A stretch of 59,748 nucleotides of DNA, counting the filler, from Sphacelaria rigidula (Eukaryota): the NCBI GenBank assembly GCA_964200075.2. It is 9 parts of 9 records of this genome, joined end to end, with 100 filler letters (N's around TTAATTAATTAA, not from the genome) between each part and the next. Parts side by side here need not be neighbours in the genome. Positions count along the whole stretch, not along the records: positions 33,251 to 39,800 come from CAXNAA020019412.1; positions 39,901 to 46,450 come from CAXNAA020019413.1; positions 46,551 to 53,099 come from CAXNAA020019414.1; 6 more parts are not named here. One strand, written 5' to 3'. The first letter of the stretch is position 1. The number at the start of each line of letters is the position of its first letter. Shown here piece after piece: positions 35,627 to 47,868 of this stretch. The position numbers were made by a program, and so were the translations under genes. The notes below the pieces were generated by a model. It had not been told where the DNA came from. It did not search any database and worked only from the letters and a program-made list of their open reading frames with translations.

Positions 35627-36220
35627 CCATACTTAGACCGCGAGATGATCTGATCACACATACTTTTTTCAAGTGAAATTGATGCCGATTCAACAGATGA
35701 CCTACCCTTGCTGTCTAAGGGTTCATCGACCCTTGGACGGCGAGGGTACTGTAGGTCATCTGTTGAATCGGCATCAATAAACACGGGATCTTATACAAAT
35801 TGGGGATGGATCTTTTATTGGGGATGAGAAACCCGGAGACTTAAAATCGTCGTGTGTCCAAACCAAATCTTCGAAATATGGTTCCATTCCTCCACCTACT
35901 GATAGCTATTGACAACTGCTACACGCAATCAAAATTTGGATTTGGATCACCGAAATGTTGGGGCCCTGGGTGAAAAACCAATTTTGGGGAATTTCGGGTG
36001 TCCGTTTGATGGCGTGTAGCAGTTGTCAATGATAGCTATCAGCAGGTGAAGAAATGGACCCCCATATTGCGAAGATTTGGTGTGGATACGAAGATTTCAA
36101 TTCTCCGGGTTTATCATCCCCAATAAAAGATCCATCCCCAATAATTTGAAAGATCCCGTGTTGATTCCATGTAAAAAAAAATATGCATGATCCAGATGGA
36201 CTACCCTTGCGTTCTAAGGG
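35627..36220. mobile_element. Two inverted ~100-bp piggyBac-type mini-MITEs, the second interrupted by an AACACGGGATC MITE (35780-36162)
   Basis: 35627-35721 and 35730-35779 plus 36163-36220 match 44566-44677 and 47772-47868. The inner element matches 29612-30055. Confidence 0.8.
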
Positions 36221-37236
36221 TTGAACTGGAGCTGGCGCCTGACAGTTTTTTTTTTAAGTTTGCCTTTACTGGCTATATTTATATTTCACATCAATTTTAG
36301 TATAGGGCGGTTCCACGATATTCCAGGCCACGCGCCTGAGGTATTCGTTCCATACACAAGGGAATTCATGAAGAGCCCAAAATTTGAGAGATAGAGAGCA
36401 TATTGATAGTGTATAAATAACATTGGCAAAAAGTCGGACTTGGGCGGGCGGTGCATGGTAGCGCAGGGGATAAGAAATAGCCGTCCCCGGGGGTGCTTTC
36501 TACCGTGAATTCAGGGGTTGTATCCACCGTTTTGGCCAATACCGTGCAAATGGCTATATACGTTCGTATCACATGAAAATTCTTGCGGGATACTTGAAAT
36601 ATGAAAATGATATAATATAAAATGATAGTTCCATGTCTACAATATTCAATGGATGCATTGCCTCCTCAAGTCAATGGTCACCCGAGTGGTCTATACCGTT
36701 TTGACATGTTACACACGAATGGCGATGCACCTAAACACACGAACATATCGATAGAACGTGTTGATAATCAACCATTTCTCCCCATACCCCATTTCCCCCC
36801 ATCCGGAGGTGAAATCACTGCATCCCCTCTCCAGATGCATGATCATGAATACACCCCTCTCCGGACACGATTGGGGTGTCATCCACCGTTTTCGCTAGTC
36901 ACGTGGGCATTCACACGCGAATAGCGATGTCCCTGAACACGCGGGGGGCATCGTTGGAACATGTGCGGTTATTCCCTTATCACCCCCTTCTGCCCTCATG
37001 CCTTTTTCCGGGGACGAAATTAACGCATCCTTTCCCTCAACGATCTCAGTGAAAAGGAAGGGTTATTATCCGACGTGTGAGCCATTTGCGGTCGGATAAC
37101 AATGAATCTGAACTCGTGTCCAGTACCAAAAGAAATCGTACAGTCTAGTCTAACTCGTGATGATGCAATTTTTCTCAACAACAGGGTTACAGACACCACG
37201 GGGAAGATTTTTGAAGGGAAAACAAGCCAAATATCG

Positions 37237-37481
37237 ACACATTCTACGGTAGCCCCCTCCCCCTAAACCAGCCCAAAACTGTCACGAAGAAAATGGTCGT
37301 GCAGAGCCTGAAGTTTGGTTTCAGGCTGCATGAAACGCCTCAGAAGGGCGACATGGGCAAAGACGAACCCAGGCATTGACATTCTCAGCTGCTCGTTGTG
37401 CCCGGCGTTTTTCATTTCGATTTACGCACAGATTTTGCCTCCCCAGACCACTTTCCGTGGGGGGGCTATCGTAGAAAGTGT
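37237..37481. mobile_element. ~245-bp MITE with 21-bp TIR and target-site duplication
   Basis: ATATCG|ACACATTCTACGGTAGCCCCC...GGGGGCTATCGTAGAAAGTGT|ATATCG. Confidence 0.85.
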
Positions 37482-39146
37482 ATATCGCACTTTTTCTTGC
37501 CTCCGGCGGCGCTCCCGTGCCTCCCCCTCACAAGCCGAAGAGGGACTGTTGAGGCTCACGGCTTCGCCGCTCGCCGTCATTGTTTTCCGAGTCAATCGGC
37601 TTCGCCGACTAACTGGTCGCCGGTGGGACCAGTTTAAACTTAACTGACCACAGTCTTGTGAAATTTTGTGCTCCAGCTGAGAAAAAAAATCCACGTCACA
37701 ATAGTCGCTGGATTCATTCGATCGATGCTTTTTTTGGGACGTTTCAGACCACCTACTTTTTGTTGGAATTCAGAATTCATTTTCGTCTATTATTTTTCTA
37801 TTCCGAAACACCAACAATCCCACACTATAATAGATGTAGTGTGTGGGGAAAATGCTTTCGAGAAAAAATAAGAGTGAAATCGATCCCTGCGGCGGAAGGG
37901 CGCAAAGCACGGGCGAAACTTGAGCGCCGTTCTGCCGTTAAATCGGTCACACCCACATTGGGTCCACTCCCATTTTTTGACACCATGAACGAAAACCGGC
38001 TCGAAAACATCCATGTTCATGTTTCGATGATGGTTTGACCCGTCCTTTGCCCCTTCCCACATACAAGAAAAACAAACACGTTCCCTCTGACCCAATATAT
38101 TTAGGGCATGGAACTTGCAAACATCGCCATCCCGAACACTTTTTCCAAAGAGAATCTCATTCAAAACCAACAAAAAAATCGCAAGCAGCACGGATAACTA
38201 GCAAACCAACAAATAGAGGAAAACAAACTTACAGTACACCAGCGCTTCTTTTGAAGCATGTTCGTTTGACAAGGAAAAAAAGGGAACATCGTCGCACTCC
38301 CAACAACGAAAATACATTTTTTTTTCTCAAAATCAGTGCAAATTCATCCGGCGAATGTTTCCACGAACAAATCTCGCCGGGATTGCAAACTGCCCCGACC
38401 CACGCCCCCCTCACACACACACACACACACACCGGAAAACAACAAAAATCATCAATCGGCTGACGGCCAAAAAAAAGCAGGGCACGATCCATTCCAACAA
38501 AAAAAATGCTCTCTCCCGTTGCTATGGCCGTTACAGACGAAAGATACACACGACAGACATAGTTAGGTGTAACGATCTTTGATGCGTACCATATATGAAA
38601 GAGTACATCGTGTCACAAGCTCCATACGATCCAACCGTGATATGGATCACGTCGGAGATCGATTAACCAGTCACGTGGCCATTCACAATACTGTCAGTTT
38701 TGTTTTGGCCAATAGAAAAAACTGACTGCCCGCCTTGCCCTCTTGTCTTTCCTACGACACAGCCTCCTCCCCAGCATAGTCTGCGAAAAGTTCTAGCGAT
38801 GACGCCTTCTTCTACGAGCGGTTGTCTTTTCAAAGCCGTCCACATCCATGGGAGCTCCCTCCCATCCTCCACACCCCGCCAATCTCTGTCGAATGACGAA
38901 AGAATAGCCTAGAATGCTCATCTCCAGTGATTCCAATACACAAAAATAAACAAAAAGGTATCCACAACCAACACCTGGTTATAGCCCGTCGTGTGTCAGA
39001 CAATCAAAAAAAAAAAAAAAACTGAGGGACGAAATTCCCCTAATGCACCTGTCTCTTCTTCCAAAAGATGATAACTTTGTCTTGTACCAACGAAACCAAA
39101 AACCTTTGGAGAATGCCCCCCCCCCCCACCCTCTCCCCCGTCCTCC

Positions 39147-39452
39147 CCATGAGGCAGTGTGAAACCCGTGGCTATCTCTCGAAGTGGCGACACCAGAAAA
39201 TGAAGCAACTCATTCGAGGCTGTCATCCAAGCGCAAGATAGTGTACACGCTTCGGGCCGAACAATCTTAGCCGGATACAGCTCACCCTACATGCGACTCG
39301 CCGAACACACCACGGCGCTTCGCGCTTGGTGGTTGATTGCGAGTCTGGTCCGGCTGAACCCAGCGTGCTCCGTCCCGGCTTTGTAGGGATGCGATATCGA
39401 CGGTCTTACGACTACCGCATGCAATCTCATGAGTTACACTCCCCCCTCCCCC
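39147..39452 (-). mobile_element. ~330-bp repeat family copy, with C-rich runs on both sides
   Basis: Reverse complement of 3536-3905. C-rich tract at 39116-39148 and ATGAGTTACACTCCCCCC at 39429-39446. Confidence 0.8.
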
Positions 39453-40326
39453 TACCTTCCACCACATTCCTGTTTATTACATCTCGCTGGAAATCCCCCA
39501 CCGTGAATAAAAAAATAGAAAACGTTGCTACTAGTGATGAGCCAAGCAATGCTGTTGGTTGTGGAAAGATTGCCAACATCAAGACGAGACGTTGGCTACC
39601 TATACACAACATCGCTTTATACGCAAACCGAACAAAATCGACGATAATCTTCTACAGGACCTCATCCTCACCGACAGCTATGAATCGGTTTCACGACTTA
39701 CACCCCCCCCCCCCCCCCCCCCCCCCCACCCCCACCACCCCCACCCCCCCCCCCCCCCCCCCCCGCCCCCGCGCCCACCCGCCCCAACGCCCCTCTCCCC
39801 NNNNNNNNNNNNNNNNNNNNNNNNNNNNNNNNNNNNNNNNNNNNTTAATTAATTAANNNNNNNNNNNNNNNNNNNNNNNNNNNNNNNNNNNNNNNNNNNN
39901 TAGACACGTGGAATGGCGCAAAAGCTGCGTGGATACCCCTTGGACCAGCGATCAATGTTTTTCTCCCTTTTGGGCAGTCAGACCGATGAAATCGTGAATT
40001 TGGTGATTTTGAGTGGTGATGATTTGTCCTAACTGTGGACTACTTTCTTGACTCACGTTCTCACGCTTTCCGAGGTGGAGATCGGACATCGTGTGTGTTG
40101 TCGCCCTCATGTAATCTGGATGCCGGTCTACACCTTTCGGTATATGAGACATTGCAAAAAAGTCAATGCATCGGGAATGGAATCCTCGTTCTCTCCACCC
40201 TAATGGCGACAGTCGAACCATTACACCACCGGGGCGCGGCGGTAAGGTAAAGGAAAAAAAGAAGATAAAAAAGAGTGCAGTAAGAGTACTGCGTTCTCCT
40301 CGCGAACCAAACTTCGAGTTGCGATA

Positions 40327-42273
40327 CGAGCTTGGCCAGTTTAGACGTGGATTCAAGCTCTCAACACAATATCTTATCGACACAGACGAATTGGGCCGTC
40401 ATCTGCATGTCATATTAATCGTCTGATCAAGAGGAAGGTGCCCATCTGCTCAAGAGCTTCGGCCTATTGTTTCTCATTGATTACATCCCGTGTTTAGTAA
40501 TTCCTACGAGCTGGGCCAGCCTAAAAGCAGATTTAAGCTCTAAAAGCAATATATCATCGACACAGACGAATTGGGCCGTGATCCACGTATCGTATCAATC
40601 GTCTAATCAAGGGGAAGGTGCCCATCTGCTCAACAGTTTGGGCCCATATTTTCTCGTTGATTTAACCCCATGTCTAGTCATTCCTATTCCTATACCTAAG
40701 GAGCTAGTGCCAATGCTAAAATCTCGATGAAACTCCCGATCGATGAATTGAGCGGATGGCAACGAATTTTGGTGTGGAGAACCACAGAAGAGTGCCGAAT
40801 ACAAAAAAAATGGGCCTTACATTTTTTTTTTTCATAGAGGTTATTAGGGCGTTCTCGTGAAATATGGTCTCTACCATAGTAGAACGCCCTACACCAGCGG
40901 AAAAAATTGAAAAAAAATCAACCTGACCCACTTTGTTTTGTTAAGTATGCCTTAGAGAGCGCCCACACAAGATTTCAATACACAAACACCAAACGTGGGC
41001 CGGTAAATGGCCTGCAAAATAATGTTCCGAATTTCTTCTGGCCCTGTCACTAAACGGCCCATTATACGGCCAATACTTAGAGTTGGACCCTGAAATTTGG
41101 TATGGACAATGAGTAGGGCATAATAAAAATTATTGACTGGCGGACACAAGGTTTTTCCTCATGAGTTAATAGCAATAATCAGTTTTCAGATATCGGTAAA
41201 ATGCCCCTAACTCATGACAAACAAAAAAACCTTGTGTACGCCAGTAATCTTTTTTATTATGCCCTACTCATTGTCAATACCAAATTTCAAGGTCCAACTC
41301 CAAGTATTGGCCGTATAATGGGCCTGCAAACTGCAGAATCGCTTCTCGGCTGGCCCAGCTCGTATACGGTACGGGGATAGCGTTCAGACTAAAAACTATA
41401 GGAAACCCCGAACGATGCACTCAGCGGATGATGACGATTTTTGGTGTAGACATTTTCTGAGCACGGGGAAACGATTGATACCGTCACCTTCGCCTTATTC
41501 GTTCTCCATCTCGAAATATGGCGCACATGAGCTTTTATACTAGAATCAATATATTACGAGCAGAGGCACTAAATGCACTAAATCCGGATATCGCGTCTCA
41601 GTTTTCGAGGGTTGTGAGTGTGTAATGAAGAAAATCTTCTTTTTTTTTTCATGTTTTTCGTTTTTTTGGGGAGCTTCAAGGGAAAATGGACAATCCTCTC
41701 GGACGTCGTCTCAGTTGATCAGGTCAATTTTTAGAATTATGATTTGCAACTCATCATGGAGAATCGCAAGGGCATGACTGAAAAAGAAGGGTGGCCTCCA
41801 TGTAGTTTTAGAGAGGTAAATTTATTGGCGTTCTCGTGAAAACATGGTCTTTACTAAAATAGTAAAAGGTCTTAAACAAGTGATGAAAAAACAAGAATCA
41901 ACGTTTACCCGTCCTGGGCCGGTAAGTGGCCTGCAAAATACTCTCCCGAATTTTGCCCGTCCCCGTTTCTAAATCGCCCCGTTTCACCTCAATTTTGAGA
42001 CTTCGACTTTCAAATTCGGTACGGAGGAAGAATAGGGCATGCCAAAACTAAATCCAGCGGGACACTAAGCTTCTTCTTGGTCGTGAGTTTACGGCCTTTT
42101 TATGATAATTCGATACTGGTTATTGCAACCAACTCACAAAAAAAAAAACTCGCTTCACTTGCTTTTAGGATATCTTTTCCTTTTTCCATGCCAAATTTGA
42201 AAGTTCAACTCTCAAAATTGAGGTGAGGCGGGGTCTACAAACCACAACTTCGCGATTAGGCCGGCCCAGCTCG
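40327..42273. mobile_element. Tc1/mariner-like non-autonomous element (outer copy)
   Basis: TA|CGAGCTTGGCC...GGCCCAGCTCG|TA. Once the insert is removed, it is colinear with the inner copy. Confidence 0.75.
40507..41362. mobile_element. Related Tc1/mariner-like element inserted into the outer copy
   Basis: TA|CGAGCTGGGCCAGCC...GGCTGGCCCAGCTCG|TA: perfect 15-bp TIR. Internal ~100-bp inverted arms at 41056-41157 and 41225-41325. Confidence 0.82.
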
Positions 42274-42858
42274 TATATTACATTGTAGCTTCATTGTGCT
42301 CATGACACGGAGTCGCTACAGAACGTTCTCTAACATGATGCATCACCAACGCCAGTATATCTTGTCTGTTTCTGCGTGTTATGCCATGTGCATGCTCATG
42401 TGCACGTGCATGTGCACCTGACGAGTAGCGGCGCACTGACTTCGTCTCCCCGGGGATCAGAAAAAAAAAAAAAACGTTGATGATGTCTGAATAGTGCAGG
42501 AGGATTGAGTTGCAAAAGGCTGCCGTGGGTTACTCACATCAGTCCTTCTTTTGTCGGCTGCTGTCGTTTGAAAATATTTTCGACACCTGTTCCGTTTAAA
42601 AGGCCTGCTGTGTACAACGCACCGTGCTGTTGCGGTGCGTTTCAGAATCCGGGGGTTATACTGTAATTTTGTTGCGTCGTAAGACGCTCATCATGCGACG
42701 GTTGGAAGAAGAAAGGATTGTGTACACGCGTATATATGCACCATTAAGAAAATGGCATGTCATCGTAACCGGACAAGTATTGGAATATGACTTGGTGTGA
42801 GTTGACGAGAGTCAGCTGGGAAAAGCATCAGACAGTGTTGTTTCGAAGTGAATGTCAA

Positions 42859-42975
42859 CCCTTTTGGAACCGTTGATGGAAAAATGACGATGTGCAATTG
42901 AGGTCTTGGGCAAAATATGTTGGTGCTTCTGCAACTGTTGATCATGTAGCTCATCAAAACAGTGCACCACTCCGA
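42859..42975 (-). mobile_element. Partial copy of the 236-bp piggyBac-type MITE
   Basis: Diverged reverse complement of 5490-5608. Confidence 0.7.
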
Positions 42976-43855
42976 GTTCGAGTGTACTACAGTAGTGGGC
43001 GGTCTAACTTTTCACTTTGTGGCATTTTGTGATTTTCTCGTGATTGGCGACTTTCTTGAGCTCTTTTCGCTTGCCATCGCTCATCACATTAGGGATCTGA
43101 AGATGTTTTTATCTGCACCACATTCTGAGAAAAAAAATCATATGTACTCAATACTCAGTGACTTACGGGCTGACCGGTCATCGGGGGTACTGCGACGTTT
43201 CAGCCCAGATTCTTACTCTTCGGTATTTTCGGTCGATCACGCGTGTCCCGATCATATTTGTTAAGAAATGTACAGTTGTATTTTCTTTAATTCTACCTAC
43301 TCGTTGCACCAGAGCCGAAAAACTGTGATTCACGATCAATAATACCCTCCCGATAAACGGGGTGTTCACTCGTATCGCTTGATAACACCAACTAACATTG
43401 ACTTCGGCGTTGTGTTCCGAGGATGATCTACTCATTGTACCAACATCTGCCGAGGCTAGCAATCTCGAGTTCTATCGAAGAGTAGTAGGCGTGGAAAACC
43501 CCAAAACACCCCTGAATAGTTGGACCGCCCACTACTGTAATGTGACAGATTCGTGCACCGAACTCGAAGCGACGTTTCTCCGGTGAGGAAAGCTCGAATA
43601 TGGGAGTTTGTACTGTTCTTTGCGAGTTCCGAGAAGAATAAGGTCCGAAGAACTTTCAACAAACGCAATATAGTCCAATAGGAGAAATAGCCATAACATG
43701 AGTACAACACAAAAGTGAAACAAGTAGTACGACCATTACCATCATCACCATAGCAGCACATCGCTCGAGAAGGCTTTTCCACTACATCGATGCACACTAT
43801 TTTAGAGTATGACACACCCGGCACACATCAAAGAATGACAAAAAAACACACATAC

Positions 43856-44117
43856 CTTGCACTGGTCAAAATCGGCACACGCCATGGCGCAGCGTTGGGT
43901 CGTGCACATCGATCGCTTGCACCCGCGACAGAAAAGCTCGAGATTTTCGATGGTGCTATGGCAGCTGTGGCACATGGGGGATCGGCAGGTAGCGCAGCCC
44001 GAGCCGAGCTGAGAGCGATCAGTCGTCCCGCACGTCTTACATTTTGTGGGATATCCGCCCACGCCGGGGCCGCGGCTCGCCAGCATCATCTTCGGAATAG
44101 TGTCTGCTTTATCCTCA
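43856..44117 (-). CDS. Probable exon encoding a Cys-rich (multiple CxxC) region
   Basis: tttttttcattcAG|T GAG...TGC AAG|GTatgt. Encodes CKTC..CATC..MCHSC..FCRGC..MCTTQRC..CADFDQCK. Confidence 0.6.
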
Positions 44118-44415
44118 CTGAATGAAAAAAAATAGGCCAGCAAAACTTATCCTTGGCTGTCTTCTGCAGGGCACTGTAGGACCCAAACGCAGCGGGGGAA
44201 AAGGGCGGGGACACAATCTGGTTAGATGGGGGTCAGCTGTAGGACTCTTGAATGCAAGCCGCGCTAAAAATCGCTTGGATTACCAAGCAGAGCCGTCGCG
44301 GAGAAGACACATTAGGAGTCCAAATCCGAACTTCAGCGTCGGTACAGTACACGTCGTCCATCGGACGTGAAGGAAACGAACCGTAGTACAGTACTTACTC
44401 GATACGCATACGTTA

Positions 44416-44740
44416 CCGGTCGCCCCGGTGGCTCAGTTGGTAACGTTGGAAACCTTCTGACGGTTGGGTCGTGGGTTCGAATCTCGGAGCGATCTGGGAT
44501 TTTTTCTCACACAATGCCCAACCATGGAGAGCGACTATGTCGTGGGTACAAAAAATTCGACACAACCCTTTGACCACGAAGTGTAGGTCACCTGGAAGTC
44601 CATCCGGATTACGCACACTTTTTTTCAAGTGAAATTGATACCGATTCAGCAAGTGACCTACCCTCGCGGTCAAAGGGTTAACGGTCGACGAGGGAAAGGA
44701 ACTGCTGAATCCCTCTCGCGATAAAAATAAAGGCAAGCAC
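44416..44740 (+). mobile_element. tRNA-derived SINE-like element interrupted by a mini-MITE
   Basis: A box TGGCTCAGTTGG (44429-44440) and B box GGTTCGAATC (44474-44483), no intact cloverleaf, followed by a non-tRNA body. Boundaries are approximate. Confidence 0.65.
44566..44677. mobile_element. piggyBac-type mini-MITE
   Basis: CCCTTTGACCACGA...TCGCGGTCAAAGGG|TTAA. Confidence 0.75.
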
Positions 44741-44864
44741 CGCATAAAGGAAGGTGGAGAACTGAAAGCAAAAAAAAATGAAATAAAAACTCATGTTTTG
44801 ACCTTCCTCCTGTGTGACCCGGCTGGTGCACCCACATGTACCGAAAGGTGTAGACTTCATCTAG

Positions 44865-44991
44865 ATTTGCTCCCTACCGCGCTGAACGCCGAGCACGCGG
44901 AGGAGCGCAAAGGTAGCGCTTTGGCTTCTCGGACCCTGCTGCCACGCATTTTGTGTTCTTGGACAGCGGATCTGAGAGTCCTCCTCGACAG
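44865..44991 (+). CDS. Possible isolated exon, product unknown
   Basis: ttcatctAG|AT TTG...GAC AG|GTAAGT (consensus donor). One open frame reads LLPTALNAEHAEERKGSALASRTLLPRILCSWTADLRVLLD. Confidence 0.35.
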
Positions 44992-46069
44992 GTAAGTGTG
45001 GGTAGCTCATGAGCTATCCGACGTGCGGATAGTTTTAATTTCTCTACGAACCACAACAAACAGAGTGAAGGATACGGCGGACAACCACCGCTAAAGATAT
45101 GTTGCTCAAAGCCTTGATAGTGCGTGACTTGTTGTGAATGAATGCAAGGGTCGGCACTGCATGGAACCACACGAAAAAGCTTTAAAGGAACAGTTTTTTT
45201 ATTGGCTGGCACACTGTTGGAATGGCCCATACCCGTAATATCGGCGACACAGAGTGTAACAGCCTGGACGAACAAGATTATATTAGCATAAAGTGATCTG
45301 CATACAGTATCGAATATTGTGCGTATAACAATGGACACAATGTTCAATCATACAAGGATCGGACGGGGCCGCCTATCGACAGCCCCGTCCTCCACGAAAG
45401 GCGTGGAAAAAAATTAATTAAATCGGGAGATTATGAAGGTAACGACTTTTACCAAGAGGTTGAGCCAGAGATTTGACGTGTGTATTGGTTATGAAACTGT
45501 GTTATGTGTGATGAGTAGAAGAAGGAAGGTCTGGCATGGATGTGGCATGATAGGAATTAAGGAACGCGAACATTGGGAGCGCGGAATGGTGATGAAACAT
45601 ACTGAATTTTGTTCCACGTATCAAAAGTGTGAAGAACGCGGAAGACCCCGAGCGGTCGAGAATGAGTGAATGACCGTATAACCTTGGCAGAGACCTCTTT
45701 CTCCCCGTTTCTTCACCAGTATACGGAATTGAGCGATGATTTCGTTCACCCAGGGTTCGCCTCGACGTGAACAGCCCAAAAACGAGGAGTTCTAGTGTGT
45801 GAGTTGTTTTTGCCGCCATCGGGGGGCAGATTTTCCGGCTGGATAATGACTTTTGAGTCGCGCTGGTCTTGGCAAGACCGGTGGTTACCGACCCGGCACT
45901 ATCGCAGTCCTACGGCCATCATGCTGGGAAGGGCGGTGTACGACGAGTAGTTTTGTGCTGCTAATAAATGACTGAAATATACATGCTGTGACTCGACAGC
46001 GCGGTGTTACCAGCCGGCATAAAAATGTTATGATGTAATAGATAGGTACAACTTGTGAATAGTACATGG

Positions 46070-46450
46070 TCACGATCGTAGCTAACCGCCTCAGCGACTA
46101 CTGCGAAACGCACGGGATATTACCGGAGGAACAATGCGGCTTCCGACCTGACCGATCCACCGTCGACATGCTGTTCGTAGTGCGCCGACTCCAGGAGCTG
46201 GGACGGCGGCGAAAAATTCCGCTGTATATGTGCTTCGTCGACCTCCAGAAGGCATATGACTCGGTCGACCGAGAGCTTCTGTGGCAGGTACTGGCCCGAA
46301 CTGGTATTCCGGATGAGATGATAGCAGCTATCCGCCAATTCCACGACGGTATGCAGGCCCGCGTACGCATGGACGACGGGGAGCTCTCGGAGTGGTTTGA
46401 AGTCACACAGGGACTGCGACAAGGATGTGTACTGTCTCCCCTGCTGTTCA
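46070..46450 (+). mobile_element. 5'-truncated RTE-type LINE reverse-transcriptase fragment (uninterrupted frame)
   Basis: [53 protein letters not shown], running into the spacer. Confidence 0.92.
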
Positions 46451-47771
46451 NNNNNNNNNNNNNNNNNNNNNNNNNNNNNNNNNNNNNNNNNNNNTTAATT
46501 AATTAANNNNNNNNNNNNNNNNNNNNNNNNNNNNNNNNNNNNNNNNNNNNCCAAACAAATCAAAACACATAAAACTATGTAAAAAATTACGAGCCTGGTC
46601 CTAAGAAAACAAAAAAAAAAAAAACAGTACCTTGGATGCCCGCTACTCCTATGCCTGTGCAAAATAAGAATTTGAAACTGAAGCATTCGGCGCTTTGCAC
46701 CTCGTCGGAAAAAAAAGTGGATTTCAGCATTCCTGCTGGATTCGGAGAGAAAAGAAGACGCTGAGCCTCGCTCTAGATAAGAGTTTCTCGACACCTGCCG
46801 CGCTCTGTACACTCCGTTAATCTTCCTCCACGTTGGTGGTCGTTGGAATCCGGGTGCACGTTCTCAACGTGCGATCGTCGCGCCTTAAAGTGCACCAGGC
46901 GCGTGTGGTAAGTTTCTCCATCGAGCACATAACCCCCCGAATTACACATTTCCCAGGGCCGCATGTCGCAACGTCGTGAATCTTGATGCATGGTCACGAC
47001 CGCCATTTAAGTATTACGTATTACAGTAGTACTGTACACAGTGTTTCTTCTGCCAGCCGGCGCAGTTCATACCCGAACAAAACACTACACAGACTGTATA
47101 ATACTCTATACTACACTGCACTTCGTTGCATGCGTTGTGATGTACTGTGCTGCGCTGGGGTGCATGATATTGCACTACGCGGGGCTATACTGTACTGGGA
47201 TAACCAGCTTGTACAACGGAAAGGGACCTCTCTGGAGCACCCACGTGCTGGTGCGGAGCAAAATTCAAACTTTTCAAACTTTAGTCAACTCGTTTCATCT
47301 GCTACATGAATGGATTTCAGTAAATCCTTTTGCACTGGAACTGCTGCTTTGTACAGATGCTCAAACCGTTCACTGTGTCTCTGTCTGCGGGTGGTGTTAC
47401 GCGAGCGCAGTGCTCTCCCATAACACCGGAGGTCAGGTTTCACAGGGGGGGGTGGTGTTCACCCTGGGCAGGACGGTTTCTGCTATAACTTCCAGCATAG
47501 AGCACTTTTGTCATTGCAATCTGCAAGAGATTTTGCCTATCTATATATCAGCATACCTTAATCCTCCACGCGCATGCTCCTTCTGCCTGGGCGATGCTGT
47601 CTGGGCCGCTGCTGCATGCACAGCTGGTGCGGACGATCCTTGTGAAATCAGGACATTTGCCATCATCCATCGTTTTTCACCGTTTTTTCGCGGCGGCGTT
47701 TAAAAGACTATATAGTAAAAAAAAAACAAGTTCCCCGGCGTAACACTGGTCATAGCTAGTTTACCCTTGAA

Positions 47772-47868
47772 CCCTTGGACCGCGAGATTAGTCTTTCTGG
47801 ATCATGCATACTTTTTGCACTTGAAATTGATGCCGATTCAACAGAGGACTAACCTCGCGGTCTAAGGG
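47772..47868. mobile_element. piggyBac-type mini-MITE, 97 bp
   Basis: TTGA|CCCTTGGACCGCGAGATTAGTC...GACTAACCTCGCGGTCTAAGGG|TTAA. Confidence 0.8.

Noticed and set aside
43398..43586. Plus-strand exon candidate ending at GTGAGG
   Set aside because: It adjoins or overlaps the dispersed repeat related to 50597-51199 and 59100-59710, and has no clear acceptor or recognisable product.
44422..44495. Functional tRNA gene
   Set aside because: A and B boxes are present, but the acceptor and anticodon stems do not pair convincingly and no T-run terminator follows directly. It is better explained as a SINE head.
47041..47703. 220-aa ORF
   Set aside because: It is built partly from ACTGT-type low-complexity sequence, with no codon bias or motifs that I could see.
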